Origin: the human T2T-CHM13v2.0 reference genome, Homo sapiens
Length of the DNA: 64,000 bases
Assembly: GCF_009914755.1 (NCBI RefSeq)
Contig: NC_060942.1
Strand: one strand, 5' to 3'
Part shown: positions 17,916-34,284 of the stretch, piece by piece
Numbering within the stretch: position 1 is the stretch's first letter
How the letters are laid out: every line of letters starts with the position of its first letter
Made by a program: the position numbers and the translations under genes
The notes under the pieces: generated by a model
What the model was told of the DNA's origin: nothing
What the model saw: only the letters and a program-made list of their open reading frames with translations
Database searches by the model: none

Positions 17916-18091
17916 CAGATGATCTTAATTTGTGTATTTATACTCATTCTTACACCAAAAAGGGTTTTAAATTGCCTAGAAACTACATGTAAGATGTTAA
18001 CATTTTAAATGGAAGCAGATGAAGTTCCAGCTCGCTGCCACCTAACATTTTTAACAATTATATTGTAAAATTCAACTCTACCAGGGTGTAG

Positions 18092-18263
18092 AGCCAGGTG
18101 TGGTGGCTCACACCTGTAATTCCAACAACTCCAGAGGCCAAGGCGAGAGGATCATTTGAACCCAGGAATTTGAGGCTGTAGTGAGTCATGATCACGCCAT
18201 TGCACTCCAGCCTGGGCAACAGAGTGAGACCCTGAATATTTAAAAACAACAACAACAACAAAA
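18092..18263 (+). mobile_element. Alu monomer (FLAM/FRAM-like)
   Basis: Single Alu arm with (CAA)n tail. Confidence 0.8.
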
Positions 18264-18322
18264 CTCTATCAGGATATCATAAGTACTTAGAGTGAAATAC
18301 TTGCATCTGTAATAGAGACTTA

Positions 18323-18603
18323 TTTTTTTTTTTTTTTTGAGACACAGTCTCACCCTGTTGCCCAGGCTGGAGTGCAGTGGTGTGATCTCCGCTCACGGCA
18401 ACCTCCATCTCCCAGGTTCAAGTGAGTTCCCATTCCTCAGCCCCAGAGCTGGGACCACAGGCGCGCGAATTTTTGTATTTTTAGCAGAGACGGGGTTTCA
18501 CTATGTTGGCCAGGCTAGTCTCGAACTCAAGTTGGCCTCAAGTGATCTGCCCACCCTGGCGTCCCAGTGTTGGGATTTCAGGCATGAGCCACTGTGCCTG
18601 GCC
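18323..18603 (-). mobile_element. Alu
   Basis: Reverse Alu, TSD TGTAATAGAGACTT. Confidence 0.92.
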
Positions 18604-18622
18604 ATGTAATAGAGACTTTTAA

Positions 18623-19240
<618 letters not shown>

Positions 19241-19401
19241 TAGCTTTTAAATTTGATATGTGTAAGTAAGACATGAACCAGCTTTTACTTTGAAACCTTC
19301 CTCTTCTGGAAGGTTTTCTGGCCCTGTGGTATACGCACTAACAGATCTATACAGGTTGTTTGTGATACAGCTTCTATGGATTTTCTCAAAAGCTATGCTG
19401 A

Positions 19402-19528
19402 GGTTGGGTATGGTGGCTCATGCCTGTAATCCCAGCACTTTGGGAGACTGAGACAGGAGCAATTGCTTGAGGTCTGGAGTTCAATACCAGCCTGGGCAAC
19501 ATAACAAGATGCTGTTGCTACAAAAAAA
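19402..19528 (+). mobile_element. Alu left monomer (FLAM-like)
   Basis: Single arm. Confidence 0.8.
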
Positions 19529-19656
19529 TGGAAAAGCTACACTAAATTATTTTTTTAAAAAAAGCCTTGCGGTGTCTGCATATTCTAATGTTTTTAAATG
19601 ATGTTTTAAAGAATTGAAACTAACATACTGTTCTGCTTTCTCCCCCGGGTTTATAG

Positions 19657-19728
19657 CCAGGTGACTTTATACACACTTTGGGAGATGCACATATTTACCT
19701 GAATCACATCGAGCCACTGAAAATTCAG
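19657..19728 (+). CDS. TYMS: TYMS exon 6
   Basis: ttatag| [24 protein letters not shown] |gtaaga. Confidence 0.98.
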
Positions 19729-20040
19729 GTAAGAATTAGATGTTATACTTTTGGGTTTGGTACCTTCTCTTGATAAAAGGTTGACTGTGGAACAGGCATC
19801 TGCTCAATGCTGTGTCCAAGATAAAGATGACTGCTCCAAATGTGGGGCTTCAGTTTAGGGAGAAGTGGTGGGCAGGTGGGCAGGACAAGGCAGGCATCTG
19901 CCTCAGCAACCATGGGCACTTAACATGTCAGGTGCTGTGAGGTACTAAGCACCAGTACCAGAGAGGGAAGAGCCACATTCAAGCCAGGGGATTGTCCAAA
20001 AGGGGGCATTTTAACTCATTTTAACTTGAAGGAGAATTGA

Positions 20041-20382
<342 letters not shown>

Positions 20383-21137
20383 TAAGTACAATATTTAGGT
20401 CCAAACTTCAAAAGTCTGTTGAAATCCCTAAGTTATAGCAGCCAACAATTGATATGAAATGGCAATAAAAATGTAAGTTCATCTGCTTCATGAGCCTTAA
20501 GGAAAAAAACTCAGAACCAGACACTTTTTAGCCCCTTCCAGGTTAGATCCAGGTTTTAAAAGTTACTCCTTTGAGGGAGTTTGGCTGCTTTTGAGTGGAG
20601 GTGACTTCAGGCTTATTCTCTCTGGCTCTCTGCTCTGGTCGTTTTTAGACATAGTAATAGGTTGTGACCTGTCTTCACATCCTAATTGCCACTGTCTGTT
20701 CATCCCAGGAATCCTGGCTTTCATCCCTTTCTGTTCACTGTCCATGCATGTCATCTTTCCTTCTTTCTGCCAGGGACAGATGGGTTAGGGATTGTGGAAT
20801 TCAAGTAAACGTAGAGCTACTATGAGTTACAGATTGACTGTGTTCCTGTCTTTAATAAATTTGCCAAGAGTGGTTATAAGAACTTACACCTGATGAGGCA
20901 CCAGGCTCCTGATGCTGTGTAATGTCACAAAATACCCCTCACTCTCGATCTGTGCAAGAGAACAGCTGGTTGCGCTCCAATCATGTTACATAACCTACGG
21001 CAAGGTATCGACAGGATCATACTCCTGTAAAATAGAACTTTGTTGATCACATCCTGTGTACTTGTTTCACGGACATGAGGAGCAATTACAACAGGTCGTA
21101 CAATTATGGCAAAGTAATGGCCTTATTTTGTTTTTAG

Positions 21138-21275
21138 CTTCAGCGAGAACCCAGACCTTTCCCAAAGCTCAGGATTCTTCGAAAAGTTGAGAAAATTGAT
21201 GACTTCAAAGCTGAAGACTTTCAGATTGAAGGGTACAATCCGCATCCAACTATTAAAATGGAAATGGCTGTTTAG
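21138..21275 (+). CDS. TYMS: TYMS exon 7 (coding part)
   Basis: ttttag| [48 protein letters not shown] at 21273-21275. Confidence 0.98.
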   Translation, partial: LQREPRPFPKLRILRKVEKIDDFKAEDFQIEGYNPHPTIKMEMAV

Positions 21276-21458
21276 GGTGCTTTCAAAGGAGCTCGAAGGA
21301 TATTGTCAGTCTTTAGGGGTTGGGCTGGATGCCGAGGTAAAAGTTCTTTTTGCTCTAAAAGAAAAAGGAACTAGGTCAAAAATCTGTCCGTGACCTATCA
21401 GTTATTAATTTTTAAGGATGTTGCCACTGGCAAATGTAACTGTGCCAGTTCTTTCCAT

Positions 21459-21464
21459 AATAAA
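21459..21464 (+). terminator. TYMS: TYMS proximal polyadenylation signal
   Basis: AATAAA 184 nt after the stop codon. Confidence 0.6.
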
Positions 21465-21721
21465 AGGCTTTGAGTTAACTCACTGAGGGTATCTGACAAT
21501 GCTGAGGTTATGAACAAAGTGAGGAGAATGAAATGTATGTGCTCTTAGCAAAAACATGTATGTGCATTTCAATCCCACGTACTTATAAAGAAGGTTGGTG
21601 AATTTCACAAGCTATTTTTGGAATATTTTTAGAATATTTTAAGAATTTCACAAGCTATTCCCTCAAATCTGAGGGAGCTGAGTAACACCATCGATCATGA
21701 TGTAGAGTGTGGTTATGAACT

Positions 21722-21727
21722 TTAAAG
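21722..21727 (+). other. TYMS: TYMS 3'UTR 6-bp TTAAAG indel site (1494del6), insertion allele present
   Basis: GAACT-TTAAAG-TTATAG at positions *447-*452 after the stop; DraI site TTTAAA intact. Confidence 0.9.
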
Positions 21728-21752
21728 TTATAGTTGTTTTATATGTTGCTAT

Positions 21753-21758
21753 AATAAA
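21753..21758 (+). terminator. TYMS: TYMS main polyadenylation signal
   Basis: AATAAA followed by GT/T-rich sequence downstream. Confidence 0.8.
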
Positions 21759-22206
21759 GAAGTGTTCTGCATTCGTCCACGCTTTGTTCATTCTGTACTG
21801 CCACTTATCTGCTCAGTTCCTTCCTAAAATAGATTAAAGAACTCTCCTTAAGTAAACATGTGCTGTATTCTGGTTTGGATGCTACTTAAAAGAGTATATT
21901 TTAGAAATAATAGTGAATATATTTTGCCCTATTTTTCTCATTTTAACTGCATCTTATCCTCAAAATATAATGACCATTTAGGATAGAGTTTTTTTTTTTT
22001 TTTTTTAAACTTTTATAACCTTAAAGGGTTATTTTAAAATAATCTATGGACTACCATTTTGCCCTCATTAGCTTCAGCATGGTGTGACTTCTCTAATAAT
22101 ATGCTTAGATTAAGCAAGGAAAAGATGCAAAACCACTTCGGGGTTAATCAGTGAAATATTTTTCCCTTCGTTGCATACCAGATACCCCCGGTGTTGCACG
22201 ACTATT

Positions 22207-22212
22207 TTTATT
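22207..22212 (-). terminator. ENOSF1: Candidate ENOSF1 proximal polyadenylation signal
   Basis: AATAAA on minus strand about 370 nt past the ENOSF1 stop. Confidence 0.45.
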
Positions 22213-22582
22213 CTGCTAATTTATGACAAGTGTTAAACAGAACAAGGAATTATTCCAACAAGTTATGCAACATGTTGCTTATTTTCAAATTACAGTTTAA
22301 TGTCTAGGTGCCAGCCCTTGATATAGCTATTTTTGTAAGAACATCCTCCTGGACTTTGGGTTAGTTAAATCTAAACTTATTTAAGGATTAAGTAGGATAA
22401 CGTGCATTGATTTGCTAAAAGAATCAAGTAATAATTACTTAGCTGATTCCTGAGGGTGGTATGACTTCTAGCTGAACTCATCTTGATCGGTAGGATTTTT
22501 TAAATCCATTTTTGTAAAACTATTTCCAAGAAATTTTAAGCCCTTTCACTTCAGAAAGAAAAAAGTTGTTGGGGCTGAGCAC

Positions 22583-22684
22583 TTAATTTTCTTGAGCAGG
22601 AAGGAGTTTCTTCCAAACTTCACCATCTGGATACTGGTGTTTCTTTACAGATTCCTCCTTCATTTCTGTTGAGTAGCCGGGATC
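22583..22684 (-). CDS. ENOSF1: ENOSF1 exon 16 (coding part)
   Basis: tgatag| DPGYSTEMKEESVKKHQYPDGEVWKKLLPAQEN, TAA at 22585-22583. Confidence 0.97.
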   Translation of the reverse strand, partial: DPGYSTEMKEESVKKHQYPDGEVWKKLLPAQEN

Positions 22685-22797
22685 CTATCAAAGACCAAAA
22701 AAATGAGTCCTGTTAACAACCACCTGGAACAAAAACAGATTTTATGCATTTATGCTGCTCCAAGAAATGCTTTTACGTCTAAGCCAGAGGCAATTAA

Positions 22798-23098
<301 letters not shown>

Positions 23099-23598
23099 TG
23101 AATTAATATTTTTAAAATAAGTTTGGAGACTGTTGGAAATAATAGGGCAGAGGAACATATTTTACTGGCTACTTGCCAGAGTTAGTTAACTCATCAAACT
23201 CTTTGATAATAGTTTGACCTCTGTTGGTGAAAATGAGCCATGATCTCTTGAACATGATCAGAATAAATGGCCCCAGCCACACAATTGTAGTCCAAACTTT
23301 TTAGGTCACTAACTTGCTAGATGGTGCCAGGTTTTTTTGCACAAGGAGTGCAAATGTTAAGATCTCCACTAGTGAGGAAAGGCTAGTATTACAGAAGCCT
23401 TGTCAGAGGCAATTGAACCTCCAAGCCCTGGCCCTCAGGCCTGAGGATTTTGATACAGACAAACTGAAGAACCGTTTGTTAGTGGATATTGCAAACAAAC
23501 AGGAGTCAAAGCTTGGTGCTCCACAGTCTAGTTCACGAGACAGGCGTGGCAGTGGCTGGCAGCATCTCTTCTACAGGGGCCCTCAGGCCACAGCTTAC

Positions 23599-23680
23599 CT
23601 TGGGAGGCATGTAGGAAGCCCGCTGGATCATCACGGGATACTTGAAATGCTCATGCAGGTGGTCAACATACTCACACACC
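23599..23680 (-). CDS. ENOSF1: ENOSF1 exon 15
   Basis: tcctag| VCEYVDHLHEHFKYPVMIQRASYMPPK |gtaagc. Confidence 0.97.
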
Positions 23681-24527
23681 CTAGGAGGAGGGAATCAGAT
23701 CGGGGCAATGATGCCTGAAGTCAGATTATTCACGTGGTGCTAACTTAAAGCAGAAGGAGCGAGTACCACTCAATTGACAGTGTTGGCCAAGGCTTAGCTG
23801 TGTTACCATGCGTTTCTAGGCAAGTCCCTAAACCTCTGTGCCTCAGGTCCTTTTCTTCTAAAATATAGCAATGTGAGGTGGGGACTTTGATGACATGAAC
23901 ACACGAAGTCCCTCTAGAGGTTTTGTGGTGCCCTTTAAAAGGGATCAATTCAGACTCTGTAAATATCCAGAATTATTTGGGTTCCTCTGGTCAAAAGTCA
24001 GATGAATAGATTAAAATCACCACATTTTGTGATCTATTTTTCAAGAAGCGTTTGTATTTTTTCATATGGCTGCAGCAGCTGCCAGGGGCTTGGGGTTTTT
24101 TTGGCAGGTAGGGTTGGGAGGGCCATTTTGTCACTGCCTCAGCTGGGCATCTAGGAAGCATTAGCACTGTGAGGCTTTCTCGGTACACTTTGTACCTGGA
24201 AAACAATCCGAACAGGTCCATGGGACCACAACTGAGGGAGGTGGGACACACCCACCTCCATCCAAGAACCAAGACATCTAAGGAACCAAACCCAGATGCA
24301 GAACAATAAAATACATTCCATACTCCCCACCCAAAAAATAAAATCACCAAATGAGGTTCCTTTCAGCTATACAAATGATTTAGATGAAGAGCAGAGGATT
24401 TAGAATCAGGTCAATCTGTGTTCAGGTTCTGCGTCAGCCACTTTGTAGTTCTGAGGCTTGGGGCAAGTGACCGAGCTCTGCTGCCTGACTTCCATCGCCT
24501 GTTATAGAACAGCTGTGACAGGCAGGC

Positions 24528-24942
24528 TGATATGGTTTGGATTTGTTTTGGATTTGTGTCCCTGCCCAAATCTCATGTTGAACTGTAATCCCCAGTGTTG
24601 GCAGCAGGCCCTGCTGGGAGGTGATTGGATCATGGGAAGTGGTCCTTCATGAATGGTTTGGCACCCGTTCCTTGGTGCTGTTCGAGATAGTTATCACAAG
24701 ATCTGTTGTTTAAAAGTGTGTAGCACCTTCCCCCCTCACTCTCTCTTCCTTCTGCTCTTGGCCATAACAAGTGCTTGTTCCCCCTTCACCTTCCATCATG
24801 ATTGTAAGTTTCCAGAAGCTGAGCAGAAGCCGCTATGCTTCCCGTGCAGCCTGCAGAACTGTAAGCCAATTAAACCTCTTTTCTTTATAAATTACCCAGT
24901 CTCAGGTATTTCTTTATAGCAGTGCAAGAATAGACTAATACA
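24528..24942 (+). mobile_element. MST-family MaLR solo LTR
   Basis: TGATATGGTTTGG..CCAAATCTCATGTTGAACTGTAATCCCC..AATTAAACCTCTTTTCTTTATAAATTACCCAGTCTCAGG..GACTAATACA. Confidence 0.9.
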
Positions 24943-25622
24943 GTATAAAATAGTTCGGCTATATTAAAAGACAGCACCTGTCTACTCACTACCCCCCTGA
25001 AGAGAAAAACGGTTACCATTATTACTGAAGCCTCCTATGTACCCTCAAGGGTCCCATTTATCACTCACAGTCCTGAATTTGGTGTTTCCCTTTCCCAGTG
25101 AATGCTTTTGTGCCTTTGCTATATACTTGCAGTGATCTTTCTGTGAGACATTTAATTCCAGGAGACAAGAAAAGTGGAATAAGCAAAACCCTACGTGTGC
25201 AGATGACTGGAAGGAGATTGTCCTAATTTAAAAGCCCACCTGGGGCGTTCTGAGAAATAAGATGAAATAAATGTGTGTCTAGACCATGGAAGACTCCAGT
25301 ACTGGGAAGAGGAGATGGGACAGAAGTACAGAATACACGTGATGAAAACAGGAGCTGGTTAAGGGAGTAGTGTGGCTGCAAGCCTTACCTTCAATGTACT
25401 TAAAAAATAAAGTGAGTCAGCTACCAGACCCTATCTTAGGAGGCAAAATGACCGTTCATTGGTGGGTCTCTGTGAAAGCAAAACCAACTCCGCCTGAGAG
25501 TTATAGGACATGCCAGCGGACAAGGTCTTAGTGTGTTCTGGTCATGAAGGCAGAATTTACAAGCTCTGGCCTGGATTGAGGGACCCTACTGAAACAGAAA
25601 GTATTAATGCCACATTACTGAC

Positions 25623-25722
25623 CTATTTTCAAGGCTTGCAGAAACTGATATGTAGTCAAATATAATCAGGTGCTGCACCAGTTCACAGAGGCCAACTCCA
25701 CCAGCATGGGGGCAAACAGGAA
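25623..25722 (-). CDS. ENOSF1: ENOSF1 exon 14
   Basis: ttttag| (I)PVCPHAGGVGLCELVQHLIIFDYISVSASLEN(R) |gtcagt. Confidence 0.96.
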
Positions 25723-26020
25723 CTAAAAGGAAATCGTTTCTATTTAATACCAAGAGTAGGGCAGGGAGAGGAAGGGGTGAAAGGGAACTTTCTGGTTTTT
25801 CTTATTGCCCACAGGTGATTAAATCATTTATTAATATTTAGGAAGGAAATTCCAAGATGAAAATCATCAAAAATTCCCGGATTAAAGCTAAATGAGAGTT
25901 AGAAAAAAATCGAAATGGCAAACTACAGACTCCCATGCATGTGAATTGCAAACCATCAAGGGAGGTGTCTGATTAGTGGGGAAATGAAGGTCTGGTCTGC
26001 AGCCGCTGCAGCACGCTTAC

Positions 26021-26150
26021 TTTCAAACTTTTTGGCCATCAGCAATACTGAGAGGTTCTCATTGACACTGCCCAGTCTGCAACTGTCAATCTGGAGGAAC
26101 TGCAGGGCCTTCGCCTGTAGGAGTTGCTTAAATATCACTCTATTGTGGCA
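26021..26150 (-). CDS. ENOSF1: ENOSF1 exon 13
   Basis: ttccag| CHNRVIFKQLLQAKALQFLQIDSCRLGSVNENLSVLLMAKKFE |gtaagc. Confidence 0.97.
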
Positions 26151-26973
26151 CTGGAAATAGAATTGAAAATAACACCAACAGAAGAGTCAGCCTTGGCCTT
26201 CAGGATCTCTAAACCTGGCAACGCAGCCACTCTATGCCAATAATTATTCATCAGTGGCCGTCAGGAAGCCCAGACTGTATTTCTTCTTTGTTCTCGCTGG
26301 GCATGAGGCGAGCTTTTATAGCGTGGGCAGGGACCTTGTGCTCACTTCTTTACAAATCTGCTAATGCAACAGTGTGAGTCAGGTCAAAATCACACTGGCT
26401 CGCCATTTATGAGGGAATGACTGTCACAGCGACTGATAAGTGGGAGATGAAGCATCAGGATGAAATACGGTGACAGTGATGAGCAGGTGGCACAGATGAC
26501 AACACGGAACCACGGCAGAGCAGTATTGCTCCTTTTGCCGGGAAAACTGAGAATCAGCTCCTCACGCTGCTCTGCTCGTGGGCTGACTGCAGCAGGTTTT
26601 GGCAGGCACTCGGGCTTCATTTATAAGCTCAAAAAGTGAACGCAGTCATGTTTATTCAATTTGAAAGCTGGCTTTCTTAAGACCATTTTCTGCCCTTGCA
26701 ATAGCAACTTTAAATTGCTGCCTTTTCAATTTCAATTAGACACTTTGAAAAAGATACCCGACCTTAGTCATATAAATTGGAGAAATAGCCACAAACTTTT
26801 TCTATATCTGACTCTAGACTCTGATAAAATGACCCAGTTTCTAAGATGATGAAAATTTCCCAACTCAAAGTACAGCAGGTGATGGAGCCTAACACACAAC
26901 TGTGTCCTCGGTCACTGGTCAGCGTGTACTGACCCCAAGGGGACGTCATCCACCTGTTGGGGGCGTCACTCAC

Positions 26974-27015
26974 CTGTTCTCCTGTGGCAATGCCAATTCC
27001 TAATGGGACCAGTGC
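26974..27015 (-). CDS. ENOSF1: ENOSF1 exon 12
   Basis: ttatag| ALVPLGIGIATGEQ |gtgagt. Confidence 0.95.
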
Positions 27016-27218
27016 CTATAAAATAGAAGGCAGCCTGGTGTTATTTTCCTAAGTTTTGAACTGCAACTCCTAATGTTTAAAAACATTTATAGCTGAAGGA
27101 GGAAACGGCCCTGCTGTTAAGCCACGTGAAGGCTCAAGACTGGCAAAGGATGTCCAGGGGAACACATGCGTGCGGGAGGGCTCTGTGTATCTGCAGAGGA
27201 GAAGGTGAGCACTGCTGA

Positions 27219-27927
<709 letters not shown>

Positions 27928-28955
27928 TAGAGTCCTCAGCTGGTGAGGTACTGGACTCTGCACCTGAACACAGCCCTGCTGCTCTCTGTCCTCTCACCTG
28001 GCCCCTGAACACTACCTCCGTCACCTGCCACCTGGACTCTGGGCGCTCCCATCCATCCTCTACTGTGACTGCGACTCCACAGCTACTCCGCACAGGTAGC
28101 CTTGGTTCCTCCCTGGCTTCCCTTCCCTTTGCTTAGGGTAATAGTAATCACACTGACAGCTAACATTTTTGGAGCTCTGAGTACCTGTCAGGTGCTGTGC
28201 AAAACACTGACTTAAATGATTCCTGGTCTCAATCCAATGGGAGAGGAGCCAGCGTTATCCCCATTTTATAAAAAATGATAAAACTGTGTGCCGGGTTTGA
28301 ACTGTTCCTGGATCACAAAGCTAGAAAGTGGTAGAGACTGGGTTGGAACTCCACTGATTCCAGAGCCAGAGGAGGCATCTGAATAATCAGACTAAGCCAA
28401 CTTCTCAGCAGAAAAATCCCTTCACTCAGCAGCCAAGTATCCCTGATTCCGGTGCTGGCCCCGCATCTCACGGGATGTGTGGCCTTGGGCAAGCCCCGCC
28501 TGTGCCACCCAAAGCCTCGGCCTCCTCATCTGCAGAAGGCCTTAGTTTGAGCAGATGGTCTCTAAGGCACCTTTTCAAGCCAACATTTTATGCTTCTTAA
28601 AATTTCTAATTTAAGTACTCTTGGTTATTTATCTCCAAAGAGAAGAGAAAGGGAGAAACGGAGGAAGGGGGAGGAGGAAAGGCCATTTGACTTATTTGTT
28701 CTACCATTTTAAGCATATATGGCAGACTAGGGGCCAAATGTTTTTCCTCCTTTTCAATATTTCCTGAATCTGCTCTATTCAAGCTGCCCTCTCCCTTTAT
28801 CTCTCTCAGATTCCTGGAAAAGCCTCCTCGCTCCCATCCCTGCCTGGGTTTCTCCCTGCCCATTCCTCACCTCCCACACACCCTCTGTCTCAATGGACTC
28901 TACATGTAGCCACCAGTCACATTATCTGTGCTTCAGCTGTCACTATGCTGTTGTG

Positions 28956-29515
<560 letters not shown>

Positions 29516-30419
29516 TAATCCAGCCCCACGTGGCAGCCTGTCCCTGGCATGTGCCCTGTGCTCCCTGGGGCATCTCCACTGCCCCCGCCTGGACCTGCAG
29601 GCTCTGCAGCTGCTCCTTCCTCAGATACTCCTAAGGGGATGGCCTCCCTCATGTAAGCAAAACCTGGGAGGGTTAGAGCCCTGAGGAGCTTCCTGTGAGA
29701 TGCTCAGGTAGGCAGAGATCAGGTTGGTGCTAGGCCAGCTGGCATTCAGCAGGGCACAGCCAACCTGAAAGAGCCCTAAGGAGGAAAAAGCAAGTGGGAC
29801 CCAAGGTGAAAAGTCTTGTTTCCCCGGGGCTCCTCACCTGAGATTCCTATTGTGGAATGATTCCTCAGAAAATTTGGGCTCTGTTTAAATAATGAAGGCT
29901 GTGGTCGCTCCATGGCTCCTGCTCACCCTTCCCTCACCTGAGGCTTAGCTTTCCTTATGGAGTCAGCTCTGGCCATCTCCCTCGTCCCAGCCCACACCCA
30001 ATGTTCTCCTCAATGAACTTTTCTACTGTGCTTGGCATTCAGTGCCCTGGCCCAGTATCCTCCGGTCTTTGTTTCACATATCTCGGCTGTTCTCTCCAGC
30101 GAGGCTGCAATGTGGAAGGGGAGGGCATTTCTGAAACCCAGGCTTTGGCAGAGTATCCCACATAATGTAGATCATGTGCTGATTTGCTGAGAGAAACAGA
30201 GAACTGGTCCCTGAGTCCCCGACTCCACACCTCCAGTACGACCCATGAATTTATGTGGGATGCATCAAGGTGTCCCTCCTAGAACTGGAACCAAGACTGC
30301 TCCATCAGAGTTAAAGGTGTAAGATCAACACAAAATGGGGAGTGTATAGCTATGCAAAGTCACCTCAGGAAAAAATGTTCCTAGGCAGGCAGGATGTGGC
30401 TATAAGCCACATGAATGTA

Positions 30420-30813
30420 CAGTCGTGTCACTGAATGACAAGGTTACCCTCTGAGAAATGTGCCGTTGGGCTGTTTCATCATTGTGTGAACATCATAGAG
30501 TGTACGTCCATGACCCTAGATGGTAGAGACTACTACACGCCCTAGGCTATATGGCATGGCCTATTGCTCCCAGGCTACAAACCTGTACAGCATGCTACTG
30601 TTCTGAACGCTGCAGGCAATTGGAACACAATGGCCAGTATCTAAACATACTTAAACATAGGAAAGGTAATGCGTTGTACCACATTACAATCTCTACAACG
30701 TCACTGGGCAATGAGTTTTTCAGCTCCATTATAAGCTTATGGGATTATATATACTGCGCCATTATATAGGCAGTCTTTCACTGACTGAAACATTGTTATG
30801 GGGCACATGACTG
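30420..30813. mobile_element. Tigger3-like DNA transposon
   Basis: CAGTCGTGTC...GCACATGACTG termini, internal CTGAGAAATGTGCCGTTGGGC and ACTACACGCCCTAGGCTATATGG. Confidence 0.75.
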
Positions 30814-30865
30814 TGCCAAACCAGTTAGCGTGTAGGAGAAAAAAAATTATCAGATGAAAACACAA

Positions 30866-31214
<349 letters not shown>

Positions 31215-31520
31215 TCACATTTCTGTATTTACAAAGCATAGGAACCATGTCTATTAACCTTCAAATTGCTGGTAGCCCTTCAACTTTTAGCAGCTTACTT
31301 TATCTAAAACAAACAGAAATAAGGGCAAAGTATAAGCTGAAGTAGAAAAAGGAATGTCAGGTCTGTAAGCCCTGTATTTGTCACACATTAGAATTATTTC
31401 AGCTACTTCAACAGGAAATGCAAGAGGGAACAAGTGAAGAAATTTTAGGATCTGTCCCCAGCACTCTGGAAAACTAAACAGAAAAATAAGCTGCCACAGC
31501 AGCAGCAGCCGTTTTCCTAC

Positions 31521-31655
31521 CTTGGAAATGGTGGCGTGCCCCAGAATGTCATCAGGGGAGGTTGGCTCCTCAATCCACAATGGCTTGAACTTGGCCAGCT
31601 TGGACATCCACTCCACCGCCTCAGGCACATCCCAGCGCTGGTTGGCATCCATCAT
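31521..31655 (-). CDS. ENOSF1: ENOSF1 exon 11
   Basis: ttgcag| [45 protein letters not shown] |gtagga. Confidence 0.97.
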
Positions 31656-32127
31656 CTGCAAAAAGAGACTCTTCACAGGGAGGTCAGCCCTGAGCCAACC
31701 TCACAGCAGGGCTGCGGCTCCCAGGGAGGAAATGCTGTCACTCAGTGCCACCAACAGCTGAGTGAGACCCCCTAACGCCTCTGCTGAGGCCCAGCACACG
31801 GCCCTAACAAAAAGAGCCAGAGAGCAGCTGCTGAGACGGGGACTCTGGCTCCAGGTACAGTCTTTAGGAGGAGCCGTGAATTGCTTGAGGAGCCACTGGA
31901 TGTCCAGCAGTGCCCTGGGCTGGGCCATGAGAAGTGCTCGCTGGCCCTGGGCTCTGGTCCAATCTCCATCTAGATGCCACCCAAATACATGTGTCTTGCA
32001 GTGTTGGTTCTGTTCGTAGAAACCATTTTGTCACATTCTGAATCATGCACAATCAACATTGTTTGTTCAATAGTCATTTATTGACTATTGCCCACTGTGT
32101 GTCTGGCACAATAATAAGTAGCCTTAA

Positions 32128-32820
<693 letters not shown>

Positions 32821-33139
32821 ACCCCATGAGGCAGTTCATATTAACCCATTTTACAAATAAGAAAACTGTCATGCAGAGAAATTCAGTAACTTGCTTAAGA
32901 ACAATAAATCTAGTGAATGGTGAGTTCAAGTCCAGTCCTCTCCCTCCTAGGCCCTGGCTCTCTGTGTACCACTATCCTTCTTGGAAGCCAGGTGATGGCT
33001 GTGCCCAGCTTAAGGGACAGCCCCTCATCCCTGATCTTATCGTGCTTGGAGAAATGGACATCTCTACAGAATGTGCTAAGTGATAAGAGCTCTCTCCCAG
33101 GACACTATGAAAACCAGAGGACAGTATGCTCAGAATGGA

Positions 33140-33580
33140 TTTTTTTTTTTTAAGAGGCTGGATCTCACTCTGTTGCCCATGCTGGAGTGCAGTGGTATTA
33201 TTGTAGCTCACTGCAGCCTCCAACTCCTGAGCTCAGTGATCCTCTTGCCCCATCTTCCAAAGTAGGAGGGATTACAGACATGCACCACCACACCTGGTTA
33301 ATTTTTTTTTCTTCTTTCTTTTAGAGAGAGAGTCTTGCTATGTAGCCCAGGCTGGTCCCAAACTCCTGGCCTCAAGTGATCCACCTGCTTCAGCCTCCCA
33401 AAGTGTTAGGATTATAGGCATGAGCCATATAATCCTAACACTTTTTTTTCTTGTATTTTTCGGTACAGATGGGGTTTTTCCATGTTGCCAGGCTGATCTT
33501 GTACTCCTGAGCTCCGGCAATCCACTCACCTAGGCATCCCAAAGTGCTAGGATTACAGGCATGAGCCACAGCATCTGGCC
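33140..33580 (-). mobile_element. AluJ-like element plus adjacent left monomer
   Basis: Reverse Alu consensus. Confidence 0.85.
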
Positions 33581-34196
33581 AGCCCAGAATCAATTTTTAT
33601 CATAAGTTATTTGGATACAGATGACTTCATTAAAAAAAAAAAGCAGCATTAATTCATGTATAAATAGTGATCCTGGGTCAAGAACTCAAAATTTCTATTT
33701 TAACTTATGCAAAAAAGCCTCCGAAGCCTCATAAAAACATCTTACTGTGACTTTATGAAAATATTTTACACGTAAGAACTGGTTTACAAAAATACAAATC
33801 AGAAATGACTGATCCTTACATTTATCTCAGCTGAAGTTCCAACATTTCTGCAGTAATGGCCCCCTGACACCCTCCTACCTGAGGAGCTAGGAGGGGAGAT
33901 TACATGATTGACACACCAGAGCACCAATGGGAAAACTGTTTGCTCAGGTACATCTGTGTTAGTAAGAAAGGATCCTTAACCCCAAACTTACTTAACTAGT
34001 TCTGCAGAATTAAAAAACGTAAAACTATTAGTCCCTTTGCTTATTTTTGTTTGAGCTCGCCTACTGCAAGACTACAGAAGTGTACTTCCTCTGACAATTA
34101 ACTTTTTAAATTCCCAATGTTCTTTAATCTTGAAACGAGTTGTATTTAGCCCTGGACAAAGGCTACTGCTTCTTAGTGGTGTGAGAGGATATTTAC

Positions 34197-34284
34197 CAAA
34201 GTCTTTTCCGGTCCAATCATGTCTCGGATGATTTGGCATCTTCGCATGTCATCCTGGAGATCAGCACCCACCTTTACTTTAAAC
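34197..34284 (-). CDS. ENOSF1: ENOSF1 exon 10 (KxK motif)
   Basis: ttctag| FKVKVGADLQDDMRRCQIIRDMIGPEKTL |gtaaat. Confidence 0.96.

Noticed and set aside
19651-19665. Tandem acceptors at TYMS exon 6 (TAG-CCAG) and exon 7 (TAG-CTTCAG)
   Set aside because: Common configuration, no evidence of use from sequence alone
31870-31895. Allele call for the ENOSF1 intronic toxicity SNP recalled as c.742-227
   Set aside because: Counting 227 nt from exon 11 lands on a T (31882), not G/C, so I cannot place it reliably without alignment
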